From contig JAEOTZ010000075.1 of NCBI GenBank assembly GCA_016839585.1, forward strand, positions 1 to 40,379: DNA of 40,379 nucleotides, in the 5' to 3' direction. Of this stretch, positions 19,330-29,831 are shown piece by piece; positions within the stretch are counted from its first letter, which is position 1; the number at the start of each line of letters is the position of its first letter. This stretch comes from Promethearchaeota archaeon. Lineage in GTDB: Archaea > Asgardarchaeota > Lokiarchaeia > Sigyniarchaeales > SOKP01. The notes beneath the pieces were generated by a model, which saw only the letters and a list, made by a program, of their open reading frames with translations, was not told where the DNA came from and made no database searches. The translations under genes were made by a program, and so were the position numbers.

Positions 19330-19467
19330 CTATAAAATCCCTTCGCTTTTTATATAAACTTTATCGGTAGTCCTTTTTTGACATTTCTTACAAATTGCAA
19401 CCGTCCTTGAAAAATCTAATTTAATGCTCTTGCCGCACTTCATACACTTTAGCTTCGGTTTGCTCAT
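19330..19467 (-). CDS. 45-aa zinc-ribbon microprotein (2x CxxC)
   Basis: Hand translation MSKPKLKCMKCGKSIKLDFSRTVAICKKCQKRTTDKVYIKSEGIL*. The paralogous remnant at 17200 keeps the same frame and stop position. Confidence 0.8.
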   Translation of the reverse strand: MSKPKLKCMKCGKSIKLDFSRTVAICKKCQKRTTDKVYIKSEGIL

Positions 19468-19502
19468 TTTTCTCTTAACTCTATATATATGAAAAAAATA
19501 TT

Positions 19503-19718
19503 TTAATAGGGAACGTTTCTAAACCCTAAAATGTTCCCATAAGCTTTGTTCTTAATATTATTCACGTTAACTAGCGCCTCATGTTGTTTAGCATGTTTCT
19601 TAAGTGATTTTTTCTTTTTAACTTGCTTTATCTCTGCTTTTTTCTCAATTTTTTCCTCTTTCGCGGGAATAATTATTAGTTCATACTCCATTTCCCGCTT
19701 TTCTAATACTTGGACCAT
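19503..19718 (-). CDS. 71-aa charged small protein (M(V/A)QV...FRN type, copy B)
   Basis: ATG preceded by AAAGGTT and an A-run; similar layout to 32708-32950. Confidence 0.7.
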   Translation of the reverse strand: MVQVLEKREMEYELIIIPAKEEKIEKKAEIKQVKKKKSLKKHAKQHEALVNVNNIKNKAYGNILGFRNVPY

Positions 19719-19800
19719 TTTTTTTTAACCTTTTTTTCTTTTTTTTGTTTTTTTTTCTTATTTTTTATTTTTTTCCTTAATTTTTAGTATGTTTGACTTC

Positions 19801-19860
19801 TATTTATAGATTCTCGCTTCGCACTTCACGTAAAGTTTATACTTCAGTATGAAGCGCAAT
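19801..19860. promoter_or_regulatory. Divergent promoter region with CTTCA/TGAAG boxes
   Basis: Minus-strand TATAAATA at about 19808-19801; CGCTTC (19815) and GAAGCG (19851) form an inverted pair; ACTTCA at 19823 and 19841; CTTCA-gta-TGAAG palindrome at 19842-19854. Confidence 0.5.
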
Positions 19861-19916
19861 GTTTAAATATGAAATGAATTTATTAATATATAATAAATAC
19901 ATGTTTGTGTTTGGTT

Positions 19917-22910
19917 ATGAGCAGCTCAAAGTCGATTATTTATCCCCCTGAAGAATTTTTAAATCCTCCTCTTGGAAAAGATCGAAATTTTGAATTAATT
20001 ATTCTTTGGATGTTAAATGAAAATAAAATGTGTCGTTGGGCAGATTTTAGGAAGTTTATTTCAGAAGGGACTCTATCAAAATATCTAAATAGACTTAAAG
20101 ATCAAGGTTTTTTAAAATATTCTTATAACAAATATGAAATTACTCCAGTAGGAAAAGACAGATTTTCTGAATTACTAACTTATCATGAAGAACCTGATTT
20201 TCAGATAAAATATCCCCCTGACATAATAAAAAACAAAAGGAATTACAAGCATATTGTACTTTGGATGTTAACTAACAATGAGTTATTAACATGGTCTGAC
20301 TTTCGTGAAGAACCACTAAAAATTAATTCCACTGCTTTATCTAAAAGTCTAAGTTCATTAAAAGATAAGGATTTTATAGAAAAAGCAGATGGTGGTTATA
20401 AGGTAACCCCATTAGGAAAATCAGAATATTTTAGAATCTTAAGATTATATGACTTAGATCGCCAATCAATTTTAGAAGAAGAAAGTAAAAGAATTGAAGA
20501 GATTACTGAAAAAACGAGCAAATTTTTTAATAATTATAAAATTGAGGATGATGAATTAAAATATCGGTTTCTTAATCATATTCTAAAGCTTAATTACTCA
20601 AAAGTCGAAAGTATGTTAAAAGATGAAGAGGATTTTAACAAAATTCTATTATTTCTCTCGATAAATCATCCAAATCAATATCCTGATTACTTATCCCCTG
20701 ATGAGTTTTCTTTAAAATATAATATTGAAATTACGACACTAAACTATTATATCCAAGAAATTGTAGACAATCAATTATTTCAAATTAAATTTTTTACTTT
20801 GAAGGATGAGCAGGGAGGATTATATTACTTTCAGAAAAATGAGGCAATTGAGAAAATCTTGAATGCAATTGTGGAGAAATACATTATCAAATTCACTTAT
20901 CTTAATAAGTTCAAGGAAAGTGCTTTGCAAACTGATCATATAATAGATATAGAATTGTTGTTAGAGAATATATTGAATGATGTATGTGGTAATTTATTTA
21001 ATAATAATTTAAAGCCAGCATTAAAAACGTTCTTACCAGAATATATTAAATATTTAGCCTATAAAATTGAAACGGAGAAAAAATTAACAGATAATGAAGC
21101 TAAGTTGGAAGGTTTTGTATGGCAGAATATTTTTGAAGAATTTCAAACATTTGAGCCTGTTAGTAGACAAGTGGGAAAAGGCGAAGAGGTGCAAACTTAT
21201 TATAAAATGGACTGCAAGATATTTGATGCATTAGATATCTTCTATATCACTAAATTGAATTTAATTAATACAAGTGAGTTTAAAGAGAGTTTTGATCTTA
21301 ATAAATTAGATATTTTCGATAAAATTGAAAATTCGTTATATAAAAGGAAGATCTCAGAAGCTAAAAATCTATTAGAGAGTAGTAATGTTGACTTTAATTC
21401 AATTGAGGGTCTTATTTTAAAGGATTTAGTTTATACAGTAGATAATAATTTCGATGATTCGATTAAAACAACAACAGAGATTATTAAAAAATTTTCTAAT
21501 AACTATATTGGATATTTATTGCAATCAATTACTTACTTTCTAACTGATGATTATGAAGATGCATTTGATGTTATTGAAAAAGGCTTAGAAAAAACCCCAA
21601 GTTTTCTACTAAAGGTTCAAAAAGCTCAGATATTAATTAAAATGCAAGTTGCTGAGAAAGCTATAAAAATTATCGAGGAATTAATTTCTGATTACCCCAA
21701 TAGCATTCCATTATTAAGGACAAAACTTTTGGTTTATCTAACTGATTGTAAGATTCTTGAAAGAGCTTCTGAGGATCCTTTGGAAATTATTGATTCTGCT
21801 ATAAAACTGAAGCCAAAAGATAAAGAACTCATAATTTTAAAAAGTATATACTATTGTATCATTCATAACTACAAAGAAGCAAAAAGAGTTCTAACAGACG
21901 AAATTATTTTTAATTATATTAAAAAGAATCCCAGAATTGACACTGCTGGTTTATTCATTTTAGCATTTTCTTATCTTGCTCGTGGGAAGTTTGAAAAAGC
22001 TTTAGGGATTGTAAAAAATATTTTAGATCAATATCCAAATCATCCAATCTCATATTTCACCAAAGCTCTAGCACTGGGTTATAATTTAATTTATAAATTT
22101 AAGCTTCATGAACCAAATGTTGATACTTTCATTGGGCTAATTGAAAGAGCAATTTCTCTTGAATCAGTAAATTATAATAAAACTAAATTTCTTCAATTAC
22201 AAGCATGTATTTTACAAGGATTCGAACAATTTGATGATGCAATTGAAACTATTGATCGTGCTATTGATTTAATTCCAAATCAATCTGCTCAATATATGAT
22301 GAAAGTGGTCTTTCTAATGGGTGCTAAAAGACAAAATGAGGCATTAGAAGCAATTGATGAATATTTAGATAAGGCTCCATTATTAAGGAAGAGGCTCCTA
22401 CGGACAAAAACATATATTTATCACGGTCAAAAAAAATACCAAGAGGCTTATGAGATTATCGATGAATTAACTAAACTTTACCCAGATAACATTTCTTTTG
22501 TCAATAATAAAGCTGTTGTTCTGGCTTATCTAAATAGAAAAGAAGAAGCGATAGAAACTGCTGAATATCTTTTAAGTCTTAATCCAAAATTAGGAAATTC
22601 CTATGATTCATATGGTGAAATTCTAATGACTTTTAAAGAATATGAGGATGCAATAAAGAAATTTGAAAAAGCTGTAGAACTTGAACCAACAGGATGGTTT
22701 GCATATTGGTCATATATAAAAATGGGAAAATGTTATCAAGAGCTCGGAAAGTATGAGTCCGCACTGGAAAATTATGAAAAAGGTAAAAAAATAGCAGAAA
22801 AAATGTTTCCTACAGATACAAAATTTTTTGAATTTGATGTCGATAAATACATTTCAGAAATCAGATCATTAATAGAAAAATCAAAAGAAAAGTACAAAAG
22901 TGAATTATAA
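19917..22910 (+). CDS. Large tandem winged-HTH + TPR protein (putative transcriptional regulator)
   Basis: Two internal repeats (YPP...RN(F/Y)..I(I/V)LWML..N....W.DFR.....LSK.L..LKD..F......Y.(I/V)TP.GK) resembling wHTH domains; C-terminal TPR array. ATG at 19917 (track start is TTG at 19905). Confidence 0.8.
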   Translation: MSSSKSIIYPPEEFLNPPLGKDRNFELIILWMLNENKMCRWADFRKFISEGTLSKYLNRLKDQGFLKYSYNKYEITPVGKDRFSELLTYHEEPDFQIKYPPDIIKNKRNYKHIVLWMLTNNELLTWSDFREEPLKINSTALSKSLSSLKDKDFIEKADGGYKVTPLGKSEYFRILRLYDLDRQSILEEESKRIEEITEKTSKFFNNYKIEDDELKYRFLNHILKLNYSKVESMLKDEEDFNKILLFLSINHPNQYPDYLSPDEFSLKYNIEITTLNYYIQEIVDNQLFQIKFFTLKDEQGGLYYFQKNEAIEKILNAIVEKYIIKFTYLNKFKESALQTDHIIDIELLLENILNDVCGNLFNNNLKPALKTFLPEYIKYLAYKIETEKKLTDNEAKLEGFVWQNIFEEFQTFEPVSRQVGKGEEVQTYYKMDCKIFDALDIFYITKLNLINTSEFKESFDLNKLDIFDKIENSLYKRKISEAKNLLESSNVDFNSIEGLILKDLVYTVDNNFDDSIKTTTEIIKKFSNNYIGYLLQSITYFLTDDYEDAFDVIEKGLEKTPSFLLKVQKAQILIKMQVAEKAIKIIEELISDYPNSIPLLRTKLLVYLTDCKILERASEDPLEIIDSAIKLKPKDKELIILKSIYYCIIHNYKEAKRVLTDEIIFNYIKKNPRIDTAGLFILAFSYLARGKFEKALGIVKNILDQYPNHPISYFTKALALGYNLIYKFKLHEPNVDTFIGLIERAISLESVNYNKTKFLQLQACILQGFEQFDDAIETIDRAIDLIPNQSAQYMMKVVFLMGAKRQNEALEAIDEYLDKAPLLRKRLLRTKTYIYHGQKKYQEAYEIIDELTKLYPDNISFVNNKAVVLAYLNRKEEAIETAEYLLSLNPKLGNSYDSYGEILMTFKEYEDAIKKFEKAVELEPTGWFAYWSYIKMGKCYQELGKYESALENYEKGKKIAEKMFPTDTKFFEFDVDKYISEIRSLIEKSKEKYKSEL

Positions 22911-22922
22911 AATGTGGTCTTG

Positions 22923-23585
22923 ATGGATTACAAATTTATAAAAACACTTGAATTTAATTTTAATTTTGGAACACTAATAGCAGTTGATTTCAGCTCTTGT
23001 TGTGAAGAATCTAACTTGTTTAATATTAATGAAGAGATAATTAATGAAATTAAGGATAGTGTTAAAAATCAAGGAATTCCTGATTTAATATGGTTTAAAG
23101 GAATAGGGGACTCTATAAAATATTCGAAGTCTAAACAAATTATCGAAATGATTAAGGAGTCTTATCCATATCAAAAAATTGGTGTTTATTTAAATTGTGC
23201 GATCTTTCAAGATGAAATTATCAGAGAAAATTTCTACGAATGTGATTTAGTAGCAATTAATCTGAATAGTATTGATCCTTTGAATTTTTCAAAAATTAAT
23301 AAATGTCCTGAATCTACAAAATCTAAAGAGGTCTTAGAGGGAATTAAAGAATTTAGTCATAAATTCAAAGGAAAATTAGGGATCTACACTATGTTTTTGA
23401 GCGGTATTAATGATAATATAAAAAATATAGAAGATTTAAGGGAATTCTTATTAGAAGTTATGCCAGATTATTATTCTATTAGTAATTATACTCTAGATGG
23501 TTTTAAACCCGTTTCAGATGAATTTAAAAAATTGCTTGAAGAAATACTTAAGGATATTCCATTTAAAGTTATTTATATGTTCTAA
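22923..23585 (+). CDS. Degenerate radical-SAM-fold protein lacking the CxxxCxxC motif
   Basis: PDLIWFKGIGDS, DLVAINLNSID..NFSKIN, ILEG-like VLEGIKEF, TMFLSGINDN resemble archaeal radical-SAM (COG0731-like) barrels, but there is no cluster-binding triad. Directly follows the wHTH-TPR gene. Confidence 0.6.
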   Translation: MDYKFIKTLEFNFNFGTLIAVDFSSCCEESNLFNINEEIINEIKDSVKNQGIPDLIWFKGIGDSIKYSKSKQIIEMIKESYPYQKIGVYLNCAIFQDEIIRENFYECDLVAINLNSIDPLNFSKINKCPESTKSKEVLEGIKEFSHKFKGKLGIYTMFLSGINDNIKNIEDLREFLLEVMPDYYSISNYTLDGFKPVSDEFKKLLEEILKDIPFKVIYMF

Positions 23586-23631
23586 ATAATGAATTAAATA
23601 AATAAATACTGTTAAAAAATTAAAAAAAAAA

Positions 23632-24951
23632 TTATTCTATTGTCTCTACTATCTCTGAAAGTTCAGAAATTTCTATTAATTCCTCATCTTCTTTTATTTC
23701 TTCAATTTCTTTCCCATATTCAAGATATCGTATTTTTGTAAGAAGCCATATCAACAATGGAAAAATTAATCCTAGTGAAGCGCAAATATAGAATAAATAT
23801 ACAACTCCAAGAAGTTCCGCTAATGGTCCTGCGATAAGTGCTCCAATTGGAGCAATCGCCATTGATATCATATGATCTATTGACATAATCCTTCCAATTT
23901 TATCTTTGGAGACTTTTGTTTGTAAAATTTCTAAATAAAGTGCTACTGTTATGGGAAGAACTATAGCACCAGGAATATATCCGACAATCATAAATAAAAA
24001 ATTACCCTTTGGCGCAAAGATAAAGGCGAATTGCCCAGCAAAAAACAAAGATGCCCCAATTATATTTATTTTAATTTTATGTTTCCATTCTTTCTTAATT
24101 GACATAATTAAAGCACCAATCATGTTTGCAACTTGAAATGAAAAGATTAAAATCGCAAGATCAAATGCAGTTCCATTGTGTATAAATTTTACAAAGTAGG
24201 GCAATAAAACATTGAAAGGTCTATTTACAAAATTCCAAATCATTGCAAATGCTATCATCGCAAATAATCCAGGAATAGCTTTAATTACCGATATTCCCTC
24301 CTTGAAATCTTTTGTAAATGAATTTTTTGTCCCCTCTTCTCTAATACTTCTTATTGATGGAATTTTTATTAACAAAAGTGGTATTAAGGCAATTATGAAT
24401 GTAGATATATCAAGTAGCATTATTTTTTCTATTGAAAAAAATTCATATAGAACTGCAGCAACCATTGGACCTATACTAAAAACTAAACTTGAAAATAAGA
24501 AATTTACGCCATTGATCCTGCTTAATTTTTCTTTTGGAACCATGGCAGGAATAAGAGCAGATACAGCAGGTAATTGAAATGCAAAAAGTGCGGCGCGGAA
24601 TGTATTTATGCCTAAAACAAACCAAACGTTTGGGATATCTAAAAGAAAGAAACAAAACAAAATAAACGTTACAACAGCCTGGAGAGAATCTGAAATTGCT
24701 ATTATGGCTTTTCGACTCCATCGATCTGAAATTACTCCAGAAATGGGAGTAATTATTATTTGTGGTATAAACATCAAAAATACCGATATTGAAAGAATTA
24801 CCACACTTCCTGTTTCTACTGTAAGCCACCATGTTATGACAAAGCCAACTATCATCGAGCCTAATAATGAAAATTGCTGACCAAATAAAAAATATAAATA
24901 ATGCCTAAACGTTTTTTTATTGGCTATGTCATCCATCTGTTTTTCCTCCAA
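23632..24951 (-). CDS. MFS transporter, MefA/DHA3-like efflux family
   Basis: GQQFSLLGS, GVISDRWSRK, AFQLPAVSALIP.MVPKEKLSRING, GRIMS; 12 TM pattern. Confidence 0.9.
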   Translation of the reverse strand: MEEKQMDDIANKKTFRHYLYFLFGQQFSLLGSMIVGFVITWWLTVETGSVVILSISVFLMFIPQIIITPISGVISDRWSRKAIIAISDSLQAVVTFILFCFFLLDIPNVWFVLGINTFRAALFAFQLPAVSALIPAMVPKEKLSRINGVNFLFSSLVFSIGPMVAAVLYEFFSIEKIMLLDISTFIIALIPLLLIKIPSIRSIREEGTKNSFTKDFKEGISVIKAIPGLFAMIAFAMIWNFVNRPFNVLLPYFVKFIHNGTAFDLAILIFSFQVANMIGALIMSIKKEWKHKIKINIIGASLFFAGQFAFIFAPKGNFLFMIVGYIPGAIVLPITVALYLEILQTKVSKDKIGRIMSIDHMISMAIAPIGALIAGPLAELLGVVYLFYICASLGLIFPLLIWLLTKIRYLEYGKEIEEIKEDEELIEISELSEIVETIE

Positions 24952-25158
24952 TTTACTTTATTTAGTGATACTCTTAATACCATAAATAGTTCATTAGACA
25001 GAAGTTCAGATGAAGTTTAAACCAAATTTGAACTTACACACTAAATTGAAAAAAGAATAATATCAAGAGAAACAAAATTTATACAAATAAAAAAATGAGA
25101 TTTAGATAATCTATAAATATTTAATTAGCACAAAGTAAAATTGAGGTCGACAAAATAA

Positions 25159-25566
25159 TTGACAGTGATTGAATTACCTAAAGAAATTAATGGTGCGATT
25201 CTTGCCTCAATAGAGGGTGGACCAATAGCAACCGCTCTACCTAGTGATAAAGATAAAGAGAAAATTTCAGCAATGATGGCTGCACTATGGTCTGTAGCTA
25301 AGATATCATATTCTAAAATAAATAAAGGAGACTTCGACTATGTTTATATTAAAGGAACACAAGGCAACTTATTAGTATTTTCGATAAATATAAATACCGT
25401 TTTCGTTGTTACTACACCTCTTGATATTAATCTAGGATTTATATACTTAGAATGTAGAAGAGTGTGTAAAAAGATAATCTCACTTTTAGGTAAAAGGTAT
25501 TTGAAAAGACCAATTAAGTTAAAAATCAAGGATAGGGAGATAATCTCTTTAACCGAAGGATTTTGA
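25159..25566 (+). CDS. Roadblock/LC7 domain protein
   Basis: GAILASIEGGPIATALP...KISAMMAAL...KGDFDYVYIKGTQG...NLGFI; GAGGT upstream of the TTG start. Confidence 0.88.
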   Translation: MTVIELPKEINGAILASIEGGPIATALPSDKDKEKISAMMAALWSVAKISYSKINKGDFDYVYIKGTQGNLLVFSININTVFVVTTPLDINLGFIYLECRRVCKKIISLLGKRYLKRPIKLKIKDREIISLTEGF

Positions 25567-25944
25567 CTTTTTTAATATTGCATATTATTATAGTTCAAAA
25601 ATTTACCATTTTCCTTTATATAATATAATAACAAAGAATATAGTCAAACAAGGATAATAATAAATACTTGTTTTTTACATACATTTTTTCTTACGAAAGG
25701 AGGTTATTTCAAATTAATATAATTAGAAAAAGAAGATGGTTGGAGATAAATGCAAAAATGCAAAATATGAGTCCAAAAGAATATTACAAAGAAATGTTTA
25801 AAAAGCTCCTCCATGAAATTAATGATAATATAGAAGCATCTGAAAAAATAAGCAAAATTTGAATTTGATAGCTTTATGTATGATACTGACTTAATCTTCT
25901 CTTTTAGTTTCTTATCTGATCAGTAATATTTTAAATTAGTTGAT

Positions 25945-26238
25945 TTATTTAAGGTCCTCAATTAATTCAAGAAATTCTGCATATGGAATAGCTGTCCAAC
26001 TCTCTGCAAAGGTGGCTCCTGCATTACGGGAAAGTAATGAAACCTTTGCTGCTTCTTGTTCATTTTTTACTTCGAAAATATCAAGAAAATCATAAGGTCC
26101 TAATATGGCATAATGTGCAATCCATTTAATATTCGGAACTTTCTCTCTAACTAATCTTAACCACTTTTCACCCTGTTCTTTCCTGTTTTCCACTAGATCA
26201 GGGTTTTGAAGTTTAGTTGCTAGTATATATATTGGCAT
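25945..26238 (-). CDS. GYD domain protein
   Basis: MPIYIL..., YAILGPYDFLDIFE, AAKVSL; 97 aa. Confidence 0.85.
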   Translation of the reverse strand: MPIYILATKLQNPDLVENRKEQGEKWLRLVREKVPNIKWIAHYAILGPYDFLDIFEVKNEQEAAKVSLLSRNAGATFAESWTAIPYAEFLELIEDLK

Positions 26239-26278
26239 AGTATATATATGGGGTAGCTTACACTTTAAACCTTACTTT

Positions 26279-26295
26279 CAATATGGAAATGGAAA
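26279..26295. repeat. Dispersed 17-nt motif, solo copy
   Basis: CAATATGGAAATGGAAA, identical to 19286-19302, but without an adjacent hairpin. Confidence 0.85.
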
Positions 26296-26409
26296 AATAA
26301 ATCGTGAATTGATAATTATTTTATTTTTTAAATGAACAATAATAATTGAGTAAAAATTTTTTGAGATTATTCATATAAATTCAAGAATTATGGAGAAAGA
26401 ATTATTAAA

Positions 26410-26862
26410 ATGAAAGATGATAATATATTTTATGGTGTTTGTGGTGTCTACTGTGGTCAGTGCCATACTAGGGAAAAAGTTCATCTATTAGCTATGGAAT
26501 TAAAAAAACTAATTATTGATGACTATGATTGGGTTGCAAATGTAGTTGATGATATCGATTATACTAATTTTTTGAAAGGATTAGAATGGTTTAGTAAGCA
26601 ATATTGCCCAACCTGCGTCAAAATTTCTGATCCTTGGTGTGAAGTAAGAAAATGTGAAAAAATAATTAATAAAGAATTAAAAAGCTGTCTTTTATGTGAA
26701 GAATTCCTAAATTGTTCAAGAACAGAATATCAACGAGATAGATATCCTTTTGTTATAGATCATTATCATCGTGTAAAACAGATTGGTTTTGAAAAGCATT
26801 TAGAAGAAGAAGAAAAACGAGCTAAAGAAGGAGTTAGATTAATAGATATTAGAAAATACTAG
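26410..26862 (+). CDS. DUF3795-like Cys-rich protein
   Basis: CGVYCGQC, CPTC, CEVRKC, SCLLCEEF.NC pattern. Confidence 0.8.
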   Translation: MKDDNIFYGVCGVYCGQCHTREKVHLLAMELKKLIIDDYDWVANVVDDIDYTNFLKGLEWFSKQYCPTCVKISDPWCEVRKCEKIINKELKSCLLCEEFLNCSRTEYQRDRYPFVIDHYHRVKQIGFEKHLEEEEKRAKEGVRLIDIRKY

Positions 26863-26863
26863 T

Positions 26864-27652
26864 TTATTCTTCGAATAAGTTTATATTGAACTCAAATAGT
26901 TTATCTTGAATTTTATTCTTTATTTCTTTAGATATATTATTTAAGATATCCTCTGGCACATATTCCAAATATTCATATAACTCGTTTTGAATTATAGGAC
27001 CTACATTTTTCATAAATTCCTCAACAATTTCTTGCTTCTTTAAATAAATTTCTTTATACTTCTTAAGATGAGTTGTATTAAATATTTTGAGCCAATTTTT
27101 TCCCTTATTTTTCAATAACGTGATAGTCCTTTTAGAATTTGTAGTATTAAAATTACTAAATTCGTATTCATATTTAATTAGTATCCCCTCGAAATAGTTG
27201 ATTATTTGAGTTTTCTCTTTTGAATTTAAATCCGTATTGGAATTAAGAAAGACTATAATCATGTATTTTTCATATGCAAAATATATCTGTCCTTTAATAT
27301 TGGAACCATGAATTTCAAGGTGAGATAAGTTTTTTATGTTTGTTTGCTCTGCAAATGTTCTAAATGAACTAAAATACATGGAAATTAAATCAATTTCCAA
27401 AAGTTTTTTATCATCTTCGATGAGATAAGATTTAATTGGACCATAATTAGTTCTGTCTTTAGAGTCATAGTCAATAACCATTATCGTATTTCCATATTGA
27501 TCTGAGACAATAATACCAATAACTGGTGGTATATTATTGAAATTGTATGTGCGATATGCAATTTCAGTTAATCTATTTTCAATAAGGTTATTATATTTTT
27601 GATATTCGCTTTTAGATGTCAAATAAGAATTATTTTGAATAGCATTTTTCAT
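26864..27652 (-). CDS. Hypothetical protein, possible longin/roadblock-like domain
   Basis: IGIIVSDQYGNTI...DLISMYFSSFRTFA...LEIHG...MIIVFLN pattern of profilin-fold domains (inference). Confidence 0.6.
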   Translation of the reverse strand: MKNAIQNNSYLTSKSEYQKYNNLIENRLTEIAYRTYNFNNIPPVIGIIVSDQYGNTIMVIDYDSKDRTNYGPIKSYLIEDDKKLLEIDLISMYFSSFRTFAEQTNIKNLSHLEIHGSNIKGQIYFAYEKYMIIVFLNSNTDLNSKEKTQIINYFEGILIKYEYEFSNFNTTNSKRTITLLKNKGKNWLKIFNTTHLKKYKEIYLKKQEIVEEFMKNVGPIIQNELYEYLEYVPEDILNNISKEIKNKIQDKLFEFNINLFEE

Positions 27653-27940
27653 TGGTAATTCCTTAAAGACTTTACTATAAATTTAGCTTTTTCCTAGGCA
27701 TTAAGCATAAACCAAAAAACCAAATATTTCTATAAAGATAATAGAGTGTGTCAGTTTTTAGTAATTAATTTTTCCATCCGACAAAAACCCATATGGCAAT
27801 AGATCTTAAAAATTATTTATATATACAATAATGGACATTCATGAAAACAATTATAAACATAATCAAAAAATTTATTAAATTACTGAAGTTCTTTTTTTTA
27901 GTTTTTTATTAAATTAAAATAAAAAAAATATAGTAGTCAT

Positions 27941-28543
27941 ATGAAAATTAATATTAACTTAAAATGGCCGATTAGCTGTTATACCGGTATATTAGTTATA
28001 GGTCTCTATTGTGTGTTTACATTCACATCCCTAGCTTTATTTCCACCTCCTTTTAGTGCTTTTGATAACTGGTTAAGCGATCTTGGAAATTCGAGCTATA
28101 ATCCGAATGGAGCAGTTCTTTATAATCTTGGTTGTATCTTAACTGGAATAATGTTATTCCCTTTCTTTATTGGATTGTCTAAATGGTATAAAGATGAAAT
28201 TTGGCATAAAGTACTTGTAATAATTATTCAAGTTGTAGGATCTTTCTCTGGGTTTGCATTAATAATGATTGGTGTCTATTCTGAAGACTTTCCATCACCA
28301 CATATATTTTGGTCAGAGGTATTTTTTGACGTTAATCTTATTGTTCTGGTCCTAGCATCATTAGCATTATTTTTTCATCCAGATTTCATTAAATGGATTG
28401 CTTTATATGGAATCCTAGTTGCTATAATAAATTTATTATTTGTATTCTTCGTAGGTACTCCAATTTTAGAGTGGTTTACTGTATTTACTGCGCTTGGCTA
28501 TGTGGGATTAATTGTATACAATATGTACATAAAATTTCGTTAA
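27941..28543 (+). CDS. DUF998-like membrane protein
   Basis: NWLSDLG, (F/Y)N.G, IGVYSED..H, C-terminal LEW; about 5 TM. Confidence 0.75.
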   Translation: MKININLKWPISCYTGILVIGLYCVFTFTSLALFPPPFSAFDNWLSDLGNSSYNPNGAVLYNLGCILTGIMLFPFFIGLSKWYKDEIWHKVLVIIIQVVGSFSGFALIMIGVYSEDFPSPHIFWSEVFFDVNLIVLVLASLALFFHPDFIKWIALYGILVAIINLLFVFFVGTPILEWFTVFTALGYVGLIVYNMYIKFR

Positions 28544-28856
28544 CAAGGTAAATTAAAATTTTGAATAAAAAATAATAGAACTTTCGAATCCTCCAATTTT
28601 TTTTTCTTTAAATTAATAGAAAATTATGACTGCGAACATTCATATTTACAATCTAATACATTATATAAATCCATATATTCTTTGAAAATTCTTAAATTAT
28701 TAAGTGTACATATTAATCTAATCCATTACATTTTAGATATTGCTCAGATAAATAGATAATGAACTGGAAAAAGCCCAGTGATACAATAAATTAAAGAAAA
28801 ATTAAATTAATTCTGAAACATTCTAAAGTAATTAAATAAATAAAAAGGTGATTTAA

Positions 28857-29681
28857 ATCCCAATTTTCAATTATGATGATATTGAAATTAATTATGTAAA
28901 GAAAGGTAAAGGAGAGCCGCTTGTATTACTTCAAGGCTGGGCAACAACTCTTGATGGATGGGCTTTTCAAATCCCATTTTTTAGACGAAATATGATGGTT
29001 GTAGCATTGGATAATAGGGGAATCGGGGGTAGTTCCAGACCAAATTACCCCTACACGATGGATATGTTTTTGGATGAAACCAAAGCATTGCTTGACTCCC
29101 TAAGTATACAACAGAAGATCCATCTGTGCGGCATCAGCATGGGGGGGATGATTGCTCAGAATTTTGCCTTAAAATACCCCGATATGGTTAAAACCTTAAC
29201 ATTACTTGCTACTACTCCATATTTAAGAGAACAGTTTGCTCAACCAATAAGGGAGGAATATAGGGCAATTATGCAGGATTTGGATTTAGAAGAAGGATTT
29301 AAAAGAAAACTTGATTTAATGTTTTCTAAATCGTTTATTCGAAGGGTAAATGAGGAGGAAGTGCTTCGTAATGCGCTTTTCGATACATTGATGATAAAAA
29401 GTGCGAGCAATGCGACCTGGCAAGACCTAGAAAATCGGGGGGCTGCGTTAATGAAACATGATACGCGCGGCAACTTGCAGAAAATTACCCAACCTACGCT
29501 AATAATACATGGTACGGAGGATAAATTTATTCCTGTAGAAAATGCTTATCTTCTGGATGAAAAAATTCCTAACTCTAAATTAATCACCCTTGAAGGTTTC
29601 GGACACGGAAGCATATTAATTGAGGATGCCGAAAGGGTAAACAATCTAATTTGGAATTTCATACAAGAGAATTTGGATTGA
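28857..29681 (+). CDS. Alpha/beta-fold hydrolase (start extended to ATC at 28857)
   Basis: DNRGIGGS, GISMGG nucleophile elbow, IHGTED, GH. The in-frame upstream extension IPIFNYDDIEINYVKKGKGEPLVLLQGWATTLDGWAFQIPFF supplies the expected N-terminal strands. Confidence 0.9.
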   Translation: MPIFNYDDIEINYVKKGKGEPLVLLQGWATTLDGWAFQIPFFRRNMMVVALDNRGIGGSSRPNYPYTMDMFLDETKALLDSLSIQQKIHLCGISMGGMIAQNFALKYPDMVKTLTLLATTPYLREQFAQPIREEYRAIMQDLDLEEGFKRKLDLMFSKSFIRRVNEEEVLRNALFDTLMIKSASNATWQDLENRGAALMKHDTRGNLQKITQPTLIIHGTEDKFIPVENAYLLDEKIPNSKLITLEGFGHGSILIEDAERVNNLIWNFIQENLD

Positions 29682-29831
29682 CAAATTAGTAATATTTTCA
29701 CTTTCCATCTCATTCACTAACAGATGAAAAATTTTTTTTCTTTTCATTTCTTCTCTTTTTCTTTAAATATACTGAATTGAAAATAATAATGATATAAATG
29801 ACATAAATTGCATATTTATATTTGAAATAAT

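Noticed and set aside
25668-25862. 64-aa ORF after the roadblock gene
   Set aside because: TTG start without RBS and no recognisable motif; may be a remnant but cannot be supported.
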